Below, one piece after another: positions 9,049 through 18,049 of a stretch of 64,000 bases of DNA. Numbering within the stretch: the stretch's first letter is position 1; every line of letters begins with the position of its first letter. The stretch lies in NCBI GenBank assembly GCA_963783375.1, contig CAWANH010000017.1, positions 1 through 64,000 of the forward strand, read 5' to 3'. A program made the translations under genes and the position numbers. The notes under the pieces are model-generated. The model did no database searches. It saw only the letters and a program-made list of their open reading frames with translations, and had not been told where the DNA came from. The DNA comes from Candidatus Eiseniibacteriota bacterium (GTDB taxonomy: Bacteria > Eisenbacteria > RBG-16-71-46 > JABDJR01).

Positions 9049-9961
9049 CTGCCGGATCTGTCTCGGCGCCCTGGAGTCCGGCGAGGATTATCATCGCCGT
9101 TGCCTTCGCTCCCTGTTCGGCGTCGATCGCGCGCCCGAGGTGGACCTGGATCTGGCCAAGTTCCAGACCTTCGCCCTGGCCATGGTCGGGCATACCGCTC
9201 TATCCGGGGCGCAGCGGAAGATCTCGATGGGGCTCACCCCCGACCGCGTGAGCCTTCGGGCGGAGATCGAGGGCGGGCACTACATCCTGAAGCCGCGAAA
9301 CGAAACCTATCCGCGCCTCCCCGAGCTGGAGCTCCTCAGCATGCGCGCGGCCGAGCGGGCCGGGGTGGCGATCCCTCCCTGCGGGCTGTTGACCCTGCGG
9401 GACGGAAGCGCCGCCTACGTGATCCGGCGATTCGACCGGGCCGCGAGCGGGCGCAAGATCCGGATGGAGGAGTTCTGCCAGCTTGCGGAGCTTCCGCCCA
9501 AGGACAAGTACGCCGGTTCCGCGGAACTCTGCGTTCGGCTCCTTCGTCGCCATGCCGGCGAGGCGCTGATCGAGCTGGCCAAGCTCTATCGGCAGCTTCT
9601 CGTGTCCTGGTGGCTCGGTAACGGCGATCTCCACCTGAAGAACCTAGCCGTGCTCTGCGAAGACGACGGTCTCGTCCACCTCTCTCCGGCCTACGACGTG
9701 CTCGCCACCCGCGTCGTCATCCCCGCGGATCAGCTTGCGCTCACCGTCGGGGGCAAGCGGGAGCGCCTCACCCGGAAGACCTGGCTGGAGCTCGCCGCCT
9801 ACGCAACGATTCCCGGGAAGGCGGCGGCGGGGATCATCGACGAGGTTCTGGCCTCACGGGTCGGAGCGATGGAGATGGCCGCCCGCGTTCCGCTCACCGA
9901 TGCGGAGCGGGAGGCGTTCGGAGAGACCCTCGCCACCCGGTCCCAGGCCCTGGCCGGGTGA
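9038..9961 (+). CDS. hipA: HipA-family kinase toxin (HipT-like, C-terminal domain only)
   Basis: LSGAQRK P-loop, YILKP, RRFDR, GNGDLHLKN catalytic loop and LSPAYD; N-terminal CxxC...HxxC. Start moved to ATG 9038. Confidence 0.9.
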   Translation: MPGSCRICLGALESGEDYHRRCLRSLFGVDRAPEVDLDLAKFQTFALAMVGHTALSGAQRKISMGLTPDRVSLRAEIEGGHYILKPRNETYPRLPELELLSMRAAERAGVAIPPCGLLTLRDGSAAYVIRRFDRAASGRKIRMEEFCQLAELPPKDKYAGSAELCVRLLRRHAGEALIELAKLYRQLLVSWWLGNGDLHLKNLAVLCEDDGLVHLSPAYDVLATRVVIPADQLALTVGGKRERLTRKTWLELAAYATIPGKAAAGIIDEVLASRVGAMEMAARVPLTDAEREAFGETLATRSQALAG

Positions 9962-10132
9962 GCGCCCCGGGGGCCGGCGCACACCGCGGCCGGGGACGCT
10001 CGTGGACGCTGCCAAGTAGCCCTCTTCGAAGGCGGCCGGCCTTCCCCCCTGAACACTTCGCCCCCTCCCCCCGTCCTACCCCATGGACGCAGAAACCTCG
10101 GTCCAACCGACCCGTGACAGTGGGGGTAAGCC

Positions 10133-10759
10133 ATGATTTCGCATCGAGTTCTCCGCCTCGCCCGCGCCCTGGGGCTCTTCGTCGTGGGCGCCGCTCTCCT
10201 CGCCCCTCTCGCCCAGGCCTCGCCGCGGGGGGACCGCGTCGACCGCCAGATCGAGATGTTCGAAGGGCTCATCAACCAGGTCCTGGTGGAGAGCCCCAAC
10301 TTCCTCGTCCGGGACCGGGACGTCACCCACGGCTGGTACCGGGACGACCGGGGCGCGGTCTTCACCTTCCGCACCTCCCTGGTGGACGGACGGGACTCCG
10401 GGGGCTGGGGGTTTCTCCGGTGGTTCGACCACCACGGGATCGAGGTGCGGGACCGTGACGGCGACCGGATCTCCCGGAAGGAGTGGAAGAAGGACCGCAT
10501 CGAGGATCAGGCCGACGAGTACAAGGACGGGAAGGACGAGCTGATCCAGGCCCTCACCGACTTCGGCCCCGCCCTCACCGCCCTGGCCGACGACGACATG
10601 GTCGAGATCCGGGCCGATCTGCGGGACGCGGAGTACTTCCGCGAGAACGACCTCCGCCGGCTGGTGCTGACGGTGAAGATGGCGGACATCCGGGCCTTCG
10701 ACGCGGGGCGGCTCTCCGAGGACGAGTTCCAGCGCCGGGTCGAGGTCGAGGAGTCCTGA
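10133..10759 (+). CDS. Hypothetical exported protein
   Basis: Signal peptide ending AQA; host-like codon usage; no family recognised. Confidence 0.7.
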   Translation: MISHRVLRLARALGLFVVGAALLAPLAQASPRGDRVDRQIEMFEGLINQVLVESPNFLVRDRDVTHGWYRDDRGAVFTFRTSLVDGRDSGGWGFLRWFDHHGIEVRDRDGDRISRKEWKKDRIEDQADEYKDGKDELIQALTDFGPALTALADDDMVEIRADLRDAEYFRENDLRRLVLTVKMADIRAFDAGRLSEDEFQRRVEVEES

Positions 10760-10838
10760 CCGGGGGCTGGACCGAGTCCGGGCGCTTCAGGGGAGAGGGA
10801 TCCCCCTGAAGCGCCTGAACTTTATACCCCAAAACGAC

Positions 10839-10867
10839 TTGCAGTCCCCTGGCCGTTTCCGTATACT
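10839..10867 (+). promoter_or_regulatory. Sigma70-type promoter upstream of the rpsP operon
   Basis: TTGCAG (10839-10844), 17 bp spacer, TATACT (10862-10867). Confidence 0.55.
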
Positions 10868-11162
10868 CCCTCCCTCGCGCCCGGAGGCCCCTCCCGGGCC
10901 GGTCCACGGCCCCCCGGGGAAGCCCCCCGGCCGGCTCCCGACCCGCCGGATCCACCACCGAGGCGCTTTCGGCGGCATTGCCTCCTGTGGTAAGCTTCCT
11001 CGCCGTTTTCCCTGACGGCAGGCGCGAAGGCGATCGCCTTCGAATAGCGGCCGAATCGCCCGGCCGGCGAATCATCTCGACCACTCCGCGAAGTGTTTAC
11101 GCTCCGGGGCCGACGAGCGTTCCGGGGCTGCCCGGTCAATGACAGAGGAGGAGAATCACAAC

Positions 11163-11753
11163 GTGCTAGCAATCCGACTGAAGCGCGCGGGAGGGAGAAA
11201 CCATCCCTTCTACCGCGTCGTGGTCATCGACTCCCGTCGCGCGCGCGACAGCCGGGCGGTGGAGGAGATCGGCTACTACAACCCGCTGGAAAACCCGGTG
11301 GTGGTGAACATCGACCGGGAGAAGGTCCAGGCGTGGACGGCCAAGGGCGCCCAGCTCTCGGACACGGTTCGCACGCTCCTGAAGCATGACAACAGCACGC
11401 ATGTTTCGCGGCGTCAGACGGACACCTTCGAGCCGGCCACCGCCGAGGACATGAAGCGCCGCCCGGCCAAGAAGGAGCGCGAGGCCGCCGAGACCGCGGC
11501 GCCTGAAGCCGCGGTGGCCGTCGCCGAGGCCCCCGAGACCGGGACCGCGGTCGAGGAGTCGGCGGGCGCTGCCGAGCCGGAAGCTTCCCCGGCGGGCGAG
11601 GCGACGGCGGCCGAGCCCGAGGTGGCTGCGGAGCCCGAGAAGGTCGAAGCGGCTGCGGAGCCCGAAGCGGCTGCGGAGCCCGAGAAGGCCGAGGCGGCTG
11701 CGGAGCCCGAGAAGCCCGCGGCGGACGCCGAACCGGAAAAGCCCGAGGCCTAG
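11163..11753 (+). CDS. rpsP: 30S ribosomal protein S16 with long acidic Ala/Glu/Pro tail
   Basis: [28 protein letters not shown]...IGYYNP; GTG start after GAGGAG; tail has repeated AAEPE. Confidence 0.96.
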   Translation: MLAIRLKRAGGRNHPFYRVVVIDSRRARDSRAVEEIGYYNPLENPVVVNIDREKVQAWTAKGAQLSDTVRTLLKHDNSTHVSRRQTDTFEPATAEDMKRRPAKKEREAAETAAPEAAVAVAEAPETGTAVEESAGAAEPEASPAGEATAAEPEVAAEPEKVEAAAEPEAAAEPEKAEAAAEPEKPAADAEPEKPEA

Positions 11754-11757
11754 TTCC

Positions 11758-11988
11758 ATGAAGGACCTCATCGCCTACATGGTGCGGAACCTGGTGGATG
11801 ACCCCGATTCGGTGGTGATCCGCGAGGTTGCGGGCGACAAGGCCCAGGTATACGAGGTCAAGGTCCGTTCCGAGGACCTCGGCAAGGTCATCGGAAAGCA
11901 CGGGCGGACGATCCGCTCGGTCCGCACCCTGGTCGCCGCCGCCGCCAACCGCTCCGGAAAGCGGGTGATGGTGGAGGTGGTCGAGTAG
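11758..11988 (+). CDS. khpA: KH-domain RNA-binding protein KhpA
   Basis: DLGKVIGKHGRT motif; canonical position between rpsP and rimM. Confidence 0.92.
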   Translation: MKDLIAYMVRNLVDDPDSVVIREVAGDKAQVYEVKVRSEDLGKVIGKHGRTIRSVRTLVAAAANRSGKRVMVEVVE

Positions 11989-11993
11989 CGACG

Positions 11994-12515
11994 ATGCCCC
12001 GGCAGATATCCGTGGGCCGGATCCTCGGTGCGCACGGGATCCGCGGGGAGGTGGTGGTCCGGCGCTACGGGGATGATCCCAGGATCATGGACCGCGGCTC
12101 GGAGCTCCGCGCCGAGCGGGGCGGCCACGACATGATTTTGACCGTGGATCGGGCGCGGCCCCACAAGGGAGGCTGGATCGTGGCCTTCGAGGGGGTGGCG
12201 ACCCGGGACGAGGCCGAGGTGCTCCGGGGGTTGACCCTCCGGGTCGGCGAGGAGCGGCTTCCGCCCCTGGCCGAGGGCACCTACTACCAGTTTCAACTCA
12301 TCGGCCTCGAGGTGCGGACGACGGACGACGAGCCCCTGGGACGGGTGGACGAGGTGGTGGAGACCGGGGCCAACGATGTGCTGGTGGTCAAGGGACCGCG
12401 CGGGGAGATCCTGATCCCCGCGGTGGAGCCCTTCGTCACCGGGGTGGATCTGGAAGCGGGGAGCATCCGGGTGGATGTGCCCCCGGGGCTGATCCCGGAA
12501 GGGGACGGCCGGTGA
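11994..12515 (+). CDS. rimM: Ribosome maturation factor RimM
   Basis: GRILGAHGIRGEV, YYQFQLIGL, TGANDVLVV and LIPAV motifs. Confidence 0.95.
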   Translation: MPRQISVGRILGAHGIRGEVVVRRYGDDPRIMDRGSELRAERGGHDMILTVDRARPHKGGWIVAFEGVATRDEAEVLRGLTLRVGEERLPPLAEGTYYQFQLIGLEVRTTDDEPLGRVDEVVETGANDVLVVKGPRGEILIPAVEPFVTGVDLEAGSIRVDVPPGLIPEGDGR

Positions 12516-13255
12516 GCCTCAGGATCAATGTGCTCACCGTGTTTCCCCGGCTGGTGGAAGCCTCCCTCTCCGAGGGCATGGTGCGGATCGCCCGCGAGCA
12601 GGGGGCGCTGGACCTTCGATCGATCGACATACGGGACTTCACCGAGGACGTCCATCGCACCACCGACGATGCCCCCTACGGGGGAGGCGCGGGGATGGTG
12701 ATGAAGACGGAGCCGGTGGTCCGCGCTTGGCGGAGCCTCGGGCCCGCCGAGCGGGGGCGCGCGGTGATCATGAGCGCGAAGGGAAGGCTCTTCGACCAGG
12801 CCACCGCCCGCGAGTGGAGCCGCGCCGGGGCGCTGACCCTGGTCTGCGGCAGGTACAAGGGGGTCGACGAGCGCGTCGTCGATCTCCTGGAAGCGGACGA
12901 GGTCTCCCTGGGGGACTTCGTCCTGGCCGGGGGCGAGCTGGCGGCGGCGGTCATGATCGAGGCTGCGGCCCGGTTGCTCCCCGGGGTGCTGGGAGACGCG
13001 CAGTCGGGGGTGGAGGATTCGCACGAGGACGGGCTCCTCGGCTATCCGGACTACACCCGGCCCGAGGATTTCGAGGGACTGAAGGTGCCCGAGGTGCTGC
13101 TCTCGGGACATCACGCGAACATCGCCCGGTGGCGGCGGGAGCGGCGCCTTCAGGCCACCGCGGAGCGGAGGCCGGACTTGCTGGCCACGGCGGAACTGAC
13201 CGAGAGAGACCGGAAGTTCCTGGCGGGTCGCCGCCGGGAGACCGGAAAGGACTAG
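12512..13255 (+). CDS. trmD: tRNA (guanine-N1)-methyltransferase TrmD
   Basis: DDAPYGGGAGMV, CGRYKGVDER, SLGDFVLAGGE and VPEVLLSGHH motifs. Confidence 0.97.
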   Translation: MSLRINVLTVFPRLVEASLSEGMVRIAREQGALDLRSIDIRDFTEDVHRTTDDAPYGGGAGMVMKTEPVVRAWRSLGPAERGRAVIMSAKGRLFDQATAREWSRAGALTLVCGRYKGVDERVVDLLEADEVSLGDFVLAGGELAAAVMIEAAARLLPGVLGDAQSGVEDSHEDGLLGYPDYTRPEDFEGLKVPEVLLSGHHANIARWRRERRLQATAERRPDLLATAELTERDRKFLAGRRRETGKD

Positions 13256-13306
13256 ACGGGACCGGATCTCGACCACCGGGGTCTCGGATAAACAGAGGGT
13301 ACGATC

Positions 13307-13765
13307 ATGAAAGCACTTCTCAGAGTCGAGCGCGAGAACACCAAGACCGAGATTCCCCAGTTCAACGTCGGCGACACCGTTCGCGTGCACGTGAAGGTGG
13401 TGGAAGGGGAGAAGGTGCGCACCCAGGTCTTCCAGGGCACGGTGATCGGGCGCCGAGGCGGCGGCATCCGCGAGACCTTCTCCGTGCGGAAGATCTCCGG
13501 CGGGGTCGCGGTGGAGCGTCTCTTTCCGCTTCACTCCCCGAACGTCCTCCTGATCGAGCGCATCCGCGAGGGCCGGGTCCGCCGCGCCCAGCTCACCTAC
13601 ATGAAGGACCGGAAGGGGAAGCGCGCCCGGATCGCCGGCCGCCGCCTGCCCACCGCCGGGCAGATCTCGCCGAGCGAGGTCCTGGAGGCCGCCAAGGCCG
13701 CCGAGGCGGGAAAGACCGAGGAAGCCGAGGCGCTCCAGAAGAAGGTCGAGAAGGCCAAGAAGTAG
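13307..13765 (+). CDS. rplS: 50S ribosomal protein L19
   Basis: GDTVRVHVKVVEGEK.R.Q.FQG, GVAVERLFPLHSP and GRVRRA motifs. Confidence 0.97.
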   Translation: MKALLRVERENTKTEIPQFNVGDTVRVHVKVVEGEKVRTQVFQGTVIGRRGGGIRETFSVRKISGGVAVERLFPLHSPNVLLIERIREGRVRRAQLTYMKDRKGKRARIAGRRLPTAGQISPSEVLEAAKAAEAGKTEEAEALQKKVEKAKK

Positions 13766-13837
13766 CCGCCCGGCCACGGTCCCGCCCGGACCCGGCCCGG
13801 TCCGGCGGCCTGAGCGCGTGAAAATGCCTGAAAGATA

Positions 13838-13866
13838 GGGCGCCCGGCCTTGAAACCGGGCGCCCT
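13838..13866. terminator. GC-rich hairpin between convergent rplS and the DUF1328 gene
   Basis: GGGCGCCCGG...CCGGGCGCCC inverted repeat; no strong U-tract. Confidence 0.45.
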
Positions 13867-13882
13867 TCCTCATGCCATCGCC

Positions 13883-14053
13883 CTAGGCGCGCGGGCGGCG
13901 GGCGATCCCCGCGATCAGGCTGATCACGAAGACCACCAGGAAGACGAAGAAGAGGATCTTGGCGATGGCCGCGGCCCCCACCGCGATTCCGGTGAAGCCG
14001 AACAGCGCGGCGATCAGGGCGACGACGAAGAAGACCAGGGCCCAGTAGAGCAT
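13883..14053 (-). CDS. DUF1328 / UPF0391 small membrane protein (YtjA-like)
   Basis: [24 protein letters not shown]...AKILF, 56 aa; AAGGAG RBS. Confidence 0.9.
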   Translation of the reverse strand: MLYWALVFFVVALIAALFGFTGIAVGAAAIAKILFFVFLVVFVISLIAGIARRPRA

Positions 14054-14106
14054 GGGCGACTCCTTTCGTGATTGACTCAGCGATGGGAAACCGGTCCGGG
14101 GGAAGC

Positions 14107-14337
14107 TCAGGCCGGCTTTCCGCGTCTCATCCCCACCGCCACCAAGGCGATGCCCCCGACCAGCACCACGGCGCCGATCGCGGGATGGATGGGGAGGGTC
14201 TCCTTCCGGCTCACGTTCACGTGAACCGGACCCAGGTCCGCGCTGTCGCGGTCCTTGGTGTAGGTGATGCCGCCCCAGACGATCCCCACCACGCCGAGCA
14301 GGATGAGGACAATTCCCAGGATCACGATCGCTTTCAT
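14107..14337 (-). CDS. DUF3185-like small membrane protein
   Basis: Two TM segments around GGITYTK...DLGP...PIHP; 76 aa; AAGGA RBS; similar to 50477-50698. Confidence 0.8.
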   Translation of the reverse strand: MKAIVILGIVLILLGVVGIVWGGITYTKDRDSADLGPVHVNVSRKETLPIHPAIGAVVLVGGIALVAVGMRRGKPA

Positions 14338-14488
14338 GAGGCTGATTCCTTTCCAGGGGGCGGGGGGCCGTCCCCGGAGTCGGGGCCGTCCCGGCTGGAG
14401 GCGAAGGCCCTCCGCGGAGTCCGGATCCGAGTCTCGCCGGCGCCCAAAGATGATCGGCGCCCGCCAGCTGGAACGAACTCTGTAACAA

Positions 14489-14517
14489 ATCATGACACAT
14501 GCTGTCCGCACCGTCAA
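14489..14517 (-). promoter_or_regulatory. Sigma70-type promoter for the two small membrane-protein genes
   Basis: Minus strand TTGACG, 17 bp spacer, CATGAT with TG extension. Confidence 0.5.
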
Positions 14518-14895
14518 ACCGGGGCGGCCGCGCGCGGGCCGGGATGGGGACCGGAGCCGCGGCCTCGAACTGATAAATCTATTTATAACAATGGTTTATA
14601 GGGAGCGACCCGCGTGGGGAAAAGCGGGGAATTTGCCCCACCCCGGCCGGGGTATGGGGGGTTCATGCGATCCGGGGGTGTAGGCGGACGCGCACCGGGG
14701 TCCGGGGGAGGCCGGTGCCCGGAGCTTTTCCTGAAGCCGCCCCCCGAATCGTCTATACTCCTCGGCTTCCTCGCCTCGGCGGGGATGCCCGCGGGGCCCG
14801 GCCGATCCGGGCCTGCCGCGACAAGACTTCTTCCTCCGGGCGAGGGCGGCGAGTCGCCGCCCCCCGGCAGATCCTCCGGAAAGGAGCGGTTCGGC

Positions 14896-15117
14896 ATGGC
14901 GGTGAGGGAATATCACGTGGGGTTGGGGGCCAACGGAACCTGGCACATTCAGCGCGAAGAGGCGGAGCGCCCGTTCGCCTACTATGGGGCCAAGGATGCC
15001 GCGGAGAGCGCGGCGCGGGTTCTGGCTCACCTGAACGAGGGCATCGTGGTGGTCCACGAAAAGGGCGGCCTCGTCCGTCGCACCGACTACAAGGGGCACG
15101 CCCTGGCTGCAAGCTGA
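14896..15117 (+). CDS. DUF2188-like small protein
   Basis: YHV...GTWHIQREEAERP...A...AR..A......VVVH..GG pattern; AAGGAG RBS at 14881. Confidence 0.7.
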   Translation: MAVREYHVGLGANGTWHIQREEAERPFAYYGAKDAAESAARVLAHLNEGIVVVHEKGGLVRRTDYKGHALAAS

Positions 15118-15198
15118 CCCGGCCTGGCCGGCTCCCGGCCCGCGGAAGCTACCCTTCGAACACTCGTCTCTTCGTGCCCGGCATCAGCCGTCGATCCG

Positions 15199-15277
15199 GC
15201 CCGGGCGGCCTCCGGCCGCCACCACGCCGATCGGGCGGAAGCCCCCGCGAACGTAGCGCTACCCGGTTCCGGCCGGC
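15199..15277 (+). repeat. 79-bp direct repeat, copy 1
   Basis: Identical to 17962-18040; contains the palindrome GTAGCGCTAC. Confidence 0.92.
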
Positions 15278-15540
15278 TCCCGCCGGCCTGGCTCGACTCC
15301 CCACGCCCCCAGCCCCAAGGCCCAAACTCGTTCGGATCCGATCCGGGCGGTTTCCTAGCCACCCGGGGACCGGGTACCCGGGCCGGTGCCCCCGTACCCG
15401 GCGGTGCGGTCCCCAGGGTATCCGGCGCCGCCGCTCGCCGTCTGTATCCCGTTATTCCGACGGGTGTTGACCGATCGATTCCTCCCCCGACCCCGATGGC
15501 ACCCGGGTTGCTTCCATCCGTGGGTGAGGAGGAACACTCC

Positions 15541-17907
15541 GTGAAGCGATGGGCTCTCGTCGTGGTGGGCTGCTCGCTCCTGGCCGGCGGACCGGCCGAG
15601 GGGATCGGCCTGGCGGTGAACGCCGGCCAACCGGTCCTGATTCAGGAGGACGCCCGGCGCGCCGTCATCTTCTACGACCACGGCCACGAGGAGCTTCTGG
15701 TTCAGGCCGTGTTCGAAGGAAGCGATGGGCCCGTCTGCTGGGTGATGGCCTTCCCCGGGCGGCCGACCGTCTCCGTGGCCGCGGTCGAAGCCCTGAACAA
15801 CGTGAGCCGGATCATGGCGGAGCGGGGCCGGTTGGATGGGCCGCCCCCGGTTCCCGGGGGATGTGCGGGCGTTCTCAGCTACATCTCCTTCAGCCCCGGG
15901 GACTCCCTCTCCCAGCTCACCGTGGTCGGACCGGCGGATACCGCCGGCCTGGACGCCTGGTTCGAACGGAACCGGTTCGCCTCCACCGGTGGCGGCTACG
16001 CCTCGTGCAAGGGAGAGATGGACCGGGGCCGATGGCTGGTCCTGGTTCGAACCACGCCCTACGCCTGGAGGCGTCAGGCCGGGGTGGTGCGCGGTGTCAT
16101 CGCCGGGCCGCTCCGGATCCGCTTCGACGTGCCGGACCCCGTCCTACCCATGGGCCCGAGCCCCGATCCATCGGGCCCAACGTCCTTGACGCTCTTCACC
16201 CTGGCCGGTCAACCCCTGGTGGCCGCGAACGCCGCGCCCGATTCCTGGGGTCACCGTTTTGCCCCGCCGGGCCCGCTCCCGCCCTCCCTCGCCGATGACC
16301 TTCCCGGAACCGCAACGGGCGATTTCTGGATCTCCCGCCTCGAGGCCGAACTGGACTCCGCGCCGGCGGAAGGGATCCGGTTCGCCCCCTACGATCCGAT
16401 GACCGACTTCTCACGGGGAGACCGTCGGGATCAGTTGGACGCGATCGCCTGTCTGGGGCTCCTCGGACGGAGAGACGCGGTCAAGCCGCTCATGGCGCGA
16501 CTCGACGCCGGCGATCCCAGGCAAGCCGAAGCCGCGGCGGCGATCTGCGCCCTGGGCCGGATCGGCGACCGGGCCGCGCTCCCGCTCCTTCTGGCCCGGG
16601 CGAAGAGCGAGAGCTGGAGGGTCCGGCGAGACGCGCTCTGGGCCCTGGGGCTCATGGGGGCCCGGGAGGCCTACCCGCTCTTCATCCGGGGACTCACCCG
16701 CAGGCAGGAGAACCTCGTGCAGCGGACGGCGAACGGCATGGTCCGCTACGTCAATCACCCGGGATCCGACCTGGCGGAGGGGGAGCGGCTCCTCTGTGTC
16801 CGGCTACTCCAGGAGCACGGCGACTCCACCTGCCTCGGACCCCTGCGGGGGATGCTCCGCGACTCGGTGAGCCAGGGCGACCGGTGGCGGCCCGCGGACC
16901 ATCGGCCGTACACACTGGCCGCCCTGGCCGGGCTTGGGGACCGCGACGCCTACCGCTCGGTGCTGGACGAGCTGGTCCGGGGTTCCCCGGTGACCCGGCC
17001 CGATGCGCTCGCCGGCGCCGGCGGCCCGTTCCGCTTCGCCGGGGAGATCCGGGGGCCGATCCTGAACGGATCTCCGCCCTCGCGCTGGCCGGCGGTGACC
17101 CGGGTCGAGGAACGATTCGCCGGAGCGCCCGCGGTGCGGGAGCGGCTGATCCGCGAGGCGTCCCGTGATGCCGCGGTTCCCGATCCGGGACGCGCGCTTC
17201 TCGTTGCCCGGCTTGACCGGCCCACGTCGGCGGACCGGGATGTCCTGGAGGCGATCCTCGACCGGGCGCTGTCCCACGACGACGGCTCCGTCGTGATCGG
17301 TGAGCGACGGGGGGCCGAAGAGGCCGGCGTGCTCCTCGACGTGGGCGCCTGCGCCGCGGTCTACGCGCTGGCCCGGCTGGGGGAGACCGATCGTCTGCTC
17401 GCGCTCTGGCGGAGCGAGGCGGGAGAACGGCCGGGGCTCCGGGGAGAGCTGGCCTACGCCCTGGCCGAGACCGGCTCGCCCGAGGCCCTGCCCGCGCTCC
17501 TCGAGTACGTGACCCGGGATTGGGACGCGGCATTCAGCGATCCGAATTTCGCGATCGCGCTGGACCGGCATCGGAACCGGAAACCCTACGATTGGATCGT
17601 CGCTCTTCGCGCGGTGGATTTCGACCACCGCAGCCGAGAGATCCGGGAGTTCGTGCGGGAGGCCGGCGGCCCCGAAGTCCTCCGCCGCTTGGCCGGGGAT
17701 CCGGCGCTCGACCCGTACTCGAGGCTCCTCTGGCTGCTCGAACTCACCACCGCCTATGCCCGCACCTACCGGGTTCCCGATCTCAATGGGACCGGGTTGG
17801 CGCTCCTCGATCGAATCGCCGGTCCGGCCTCGGGGCTCCCCGGGGGGCGGGAGCTGACCGAGGCGGTTCGCGCCGTGCTTCGGGGTGATCTGGGCGGAGG
17901 GGGGTAG
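15541..17907 (+). CDS. Exported DUF2330-like N-terminal domain + HEAT/PBS-repeat protein
   Basis: Signal peptide; RAVIFYD.G.EELLVQAVFEG....WV.AFP..P; HEAT repeats ALGRIGD / VRRDALWALG; GTG start after GAGGAGGA. Confidence 0.7.
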   Translation: MKRWALVVVGCSLLAGGPAEGIGLAVNAGQPVLIQEDARRAVIFYDHGHEELLVQAVFEGSDGPVCWVMAFPGRPTVSVAAVEALNNVSRIMAERGRLDGPPPVPGGCAGVLSYISFSPGDSLSQLTVVGPADTAGLDAWFERNRFASTGGGYASCKGEMDRGRWLVLVRTTPYAWRRQAGVVRGVIAGPLRIRFDVPDPVLPMGPSPDPSGPTSLTLFTLAGQPLVAANAAPDSWGHRFAPPGPLPPSLADDLPGTATGDFWISRLEAELDSAPAEGIRFAPYDPMTDFSRGDRRDQLDAIACLGLLGRRDAVKPLMARLDAGDPRQAEAAAAICALGRIGDRAALPLLLARAKSESWRVRRDALWALGLMGAREAYPLFIRGLTRRQENLVQRTANGMVRYVNHPGSDLAEGERLLCVRLLQEHGDSTCLGPLRGMLRDSVSQGDRWRPADHRPYTLAALAGLGDRDAYRSVLDELVRGSPVTRPDALAGAGGPFRFAGEIRGPILNGSPPSRWPAVTRVEERFAGAPAVRERLIREASRDAAVPDPGRALLVARLDRPTSADRDVLEAILDRALSHDDGSVVIGERRGAEEAGVLLDVGACAAVYALARLGETDRLLALWRSEAGERPGLRGELAYALAETGSPEALPALLEYVTRDWDAAFSDPNFAIALDRHRNRKPYDWIVALRAVDFDHRSREIREFVREAGGPEVLRRLAGDPALDPYSRLLWLLELTTAYARTYRVPDLNGTGLALLDRIAGPASGLPGGRELTEAVRAVLRGDLGGGG

Positions 17908-17961
17908 GACACCCGAAATTCCTCCCGGCGGGAGCTACCGTTCGGACGCTCGTCCCTTCTT

Positions 17962-18040
17962 GCCCGGGCGGCCTCCGGCCGCCACCACGCCGATCGGGCG
18001 GAAGCCCCCGCGAACGTAGCGCTACCCGGTTCCGGCCGGC
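17962..18040 (+). repeat. 79-bp direct repeat, copy 2
   Basis: Identical to 15199-15277. Confidence 0.92.
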
Positions 18041-18049
18041 CCCGTCCCC

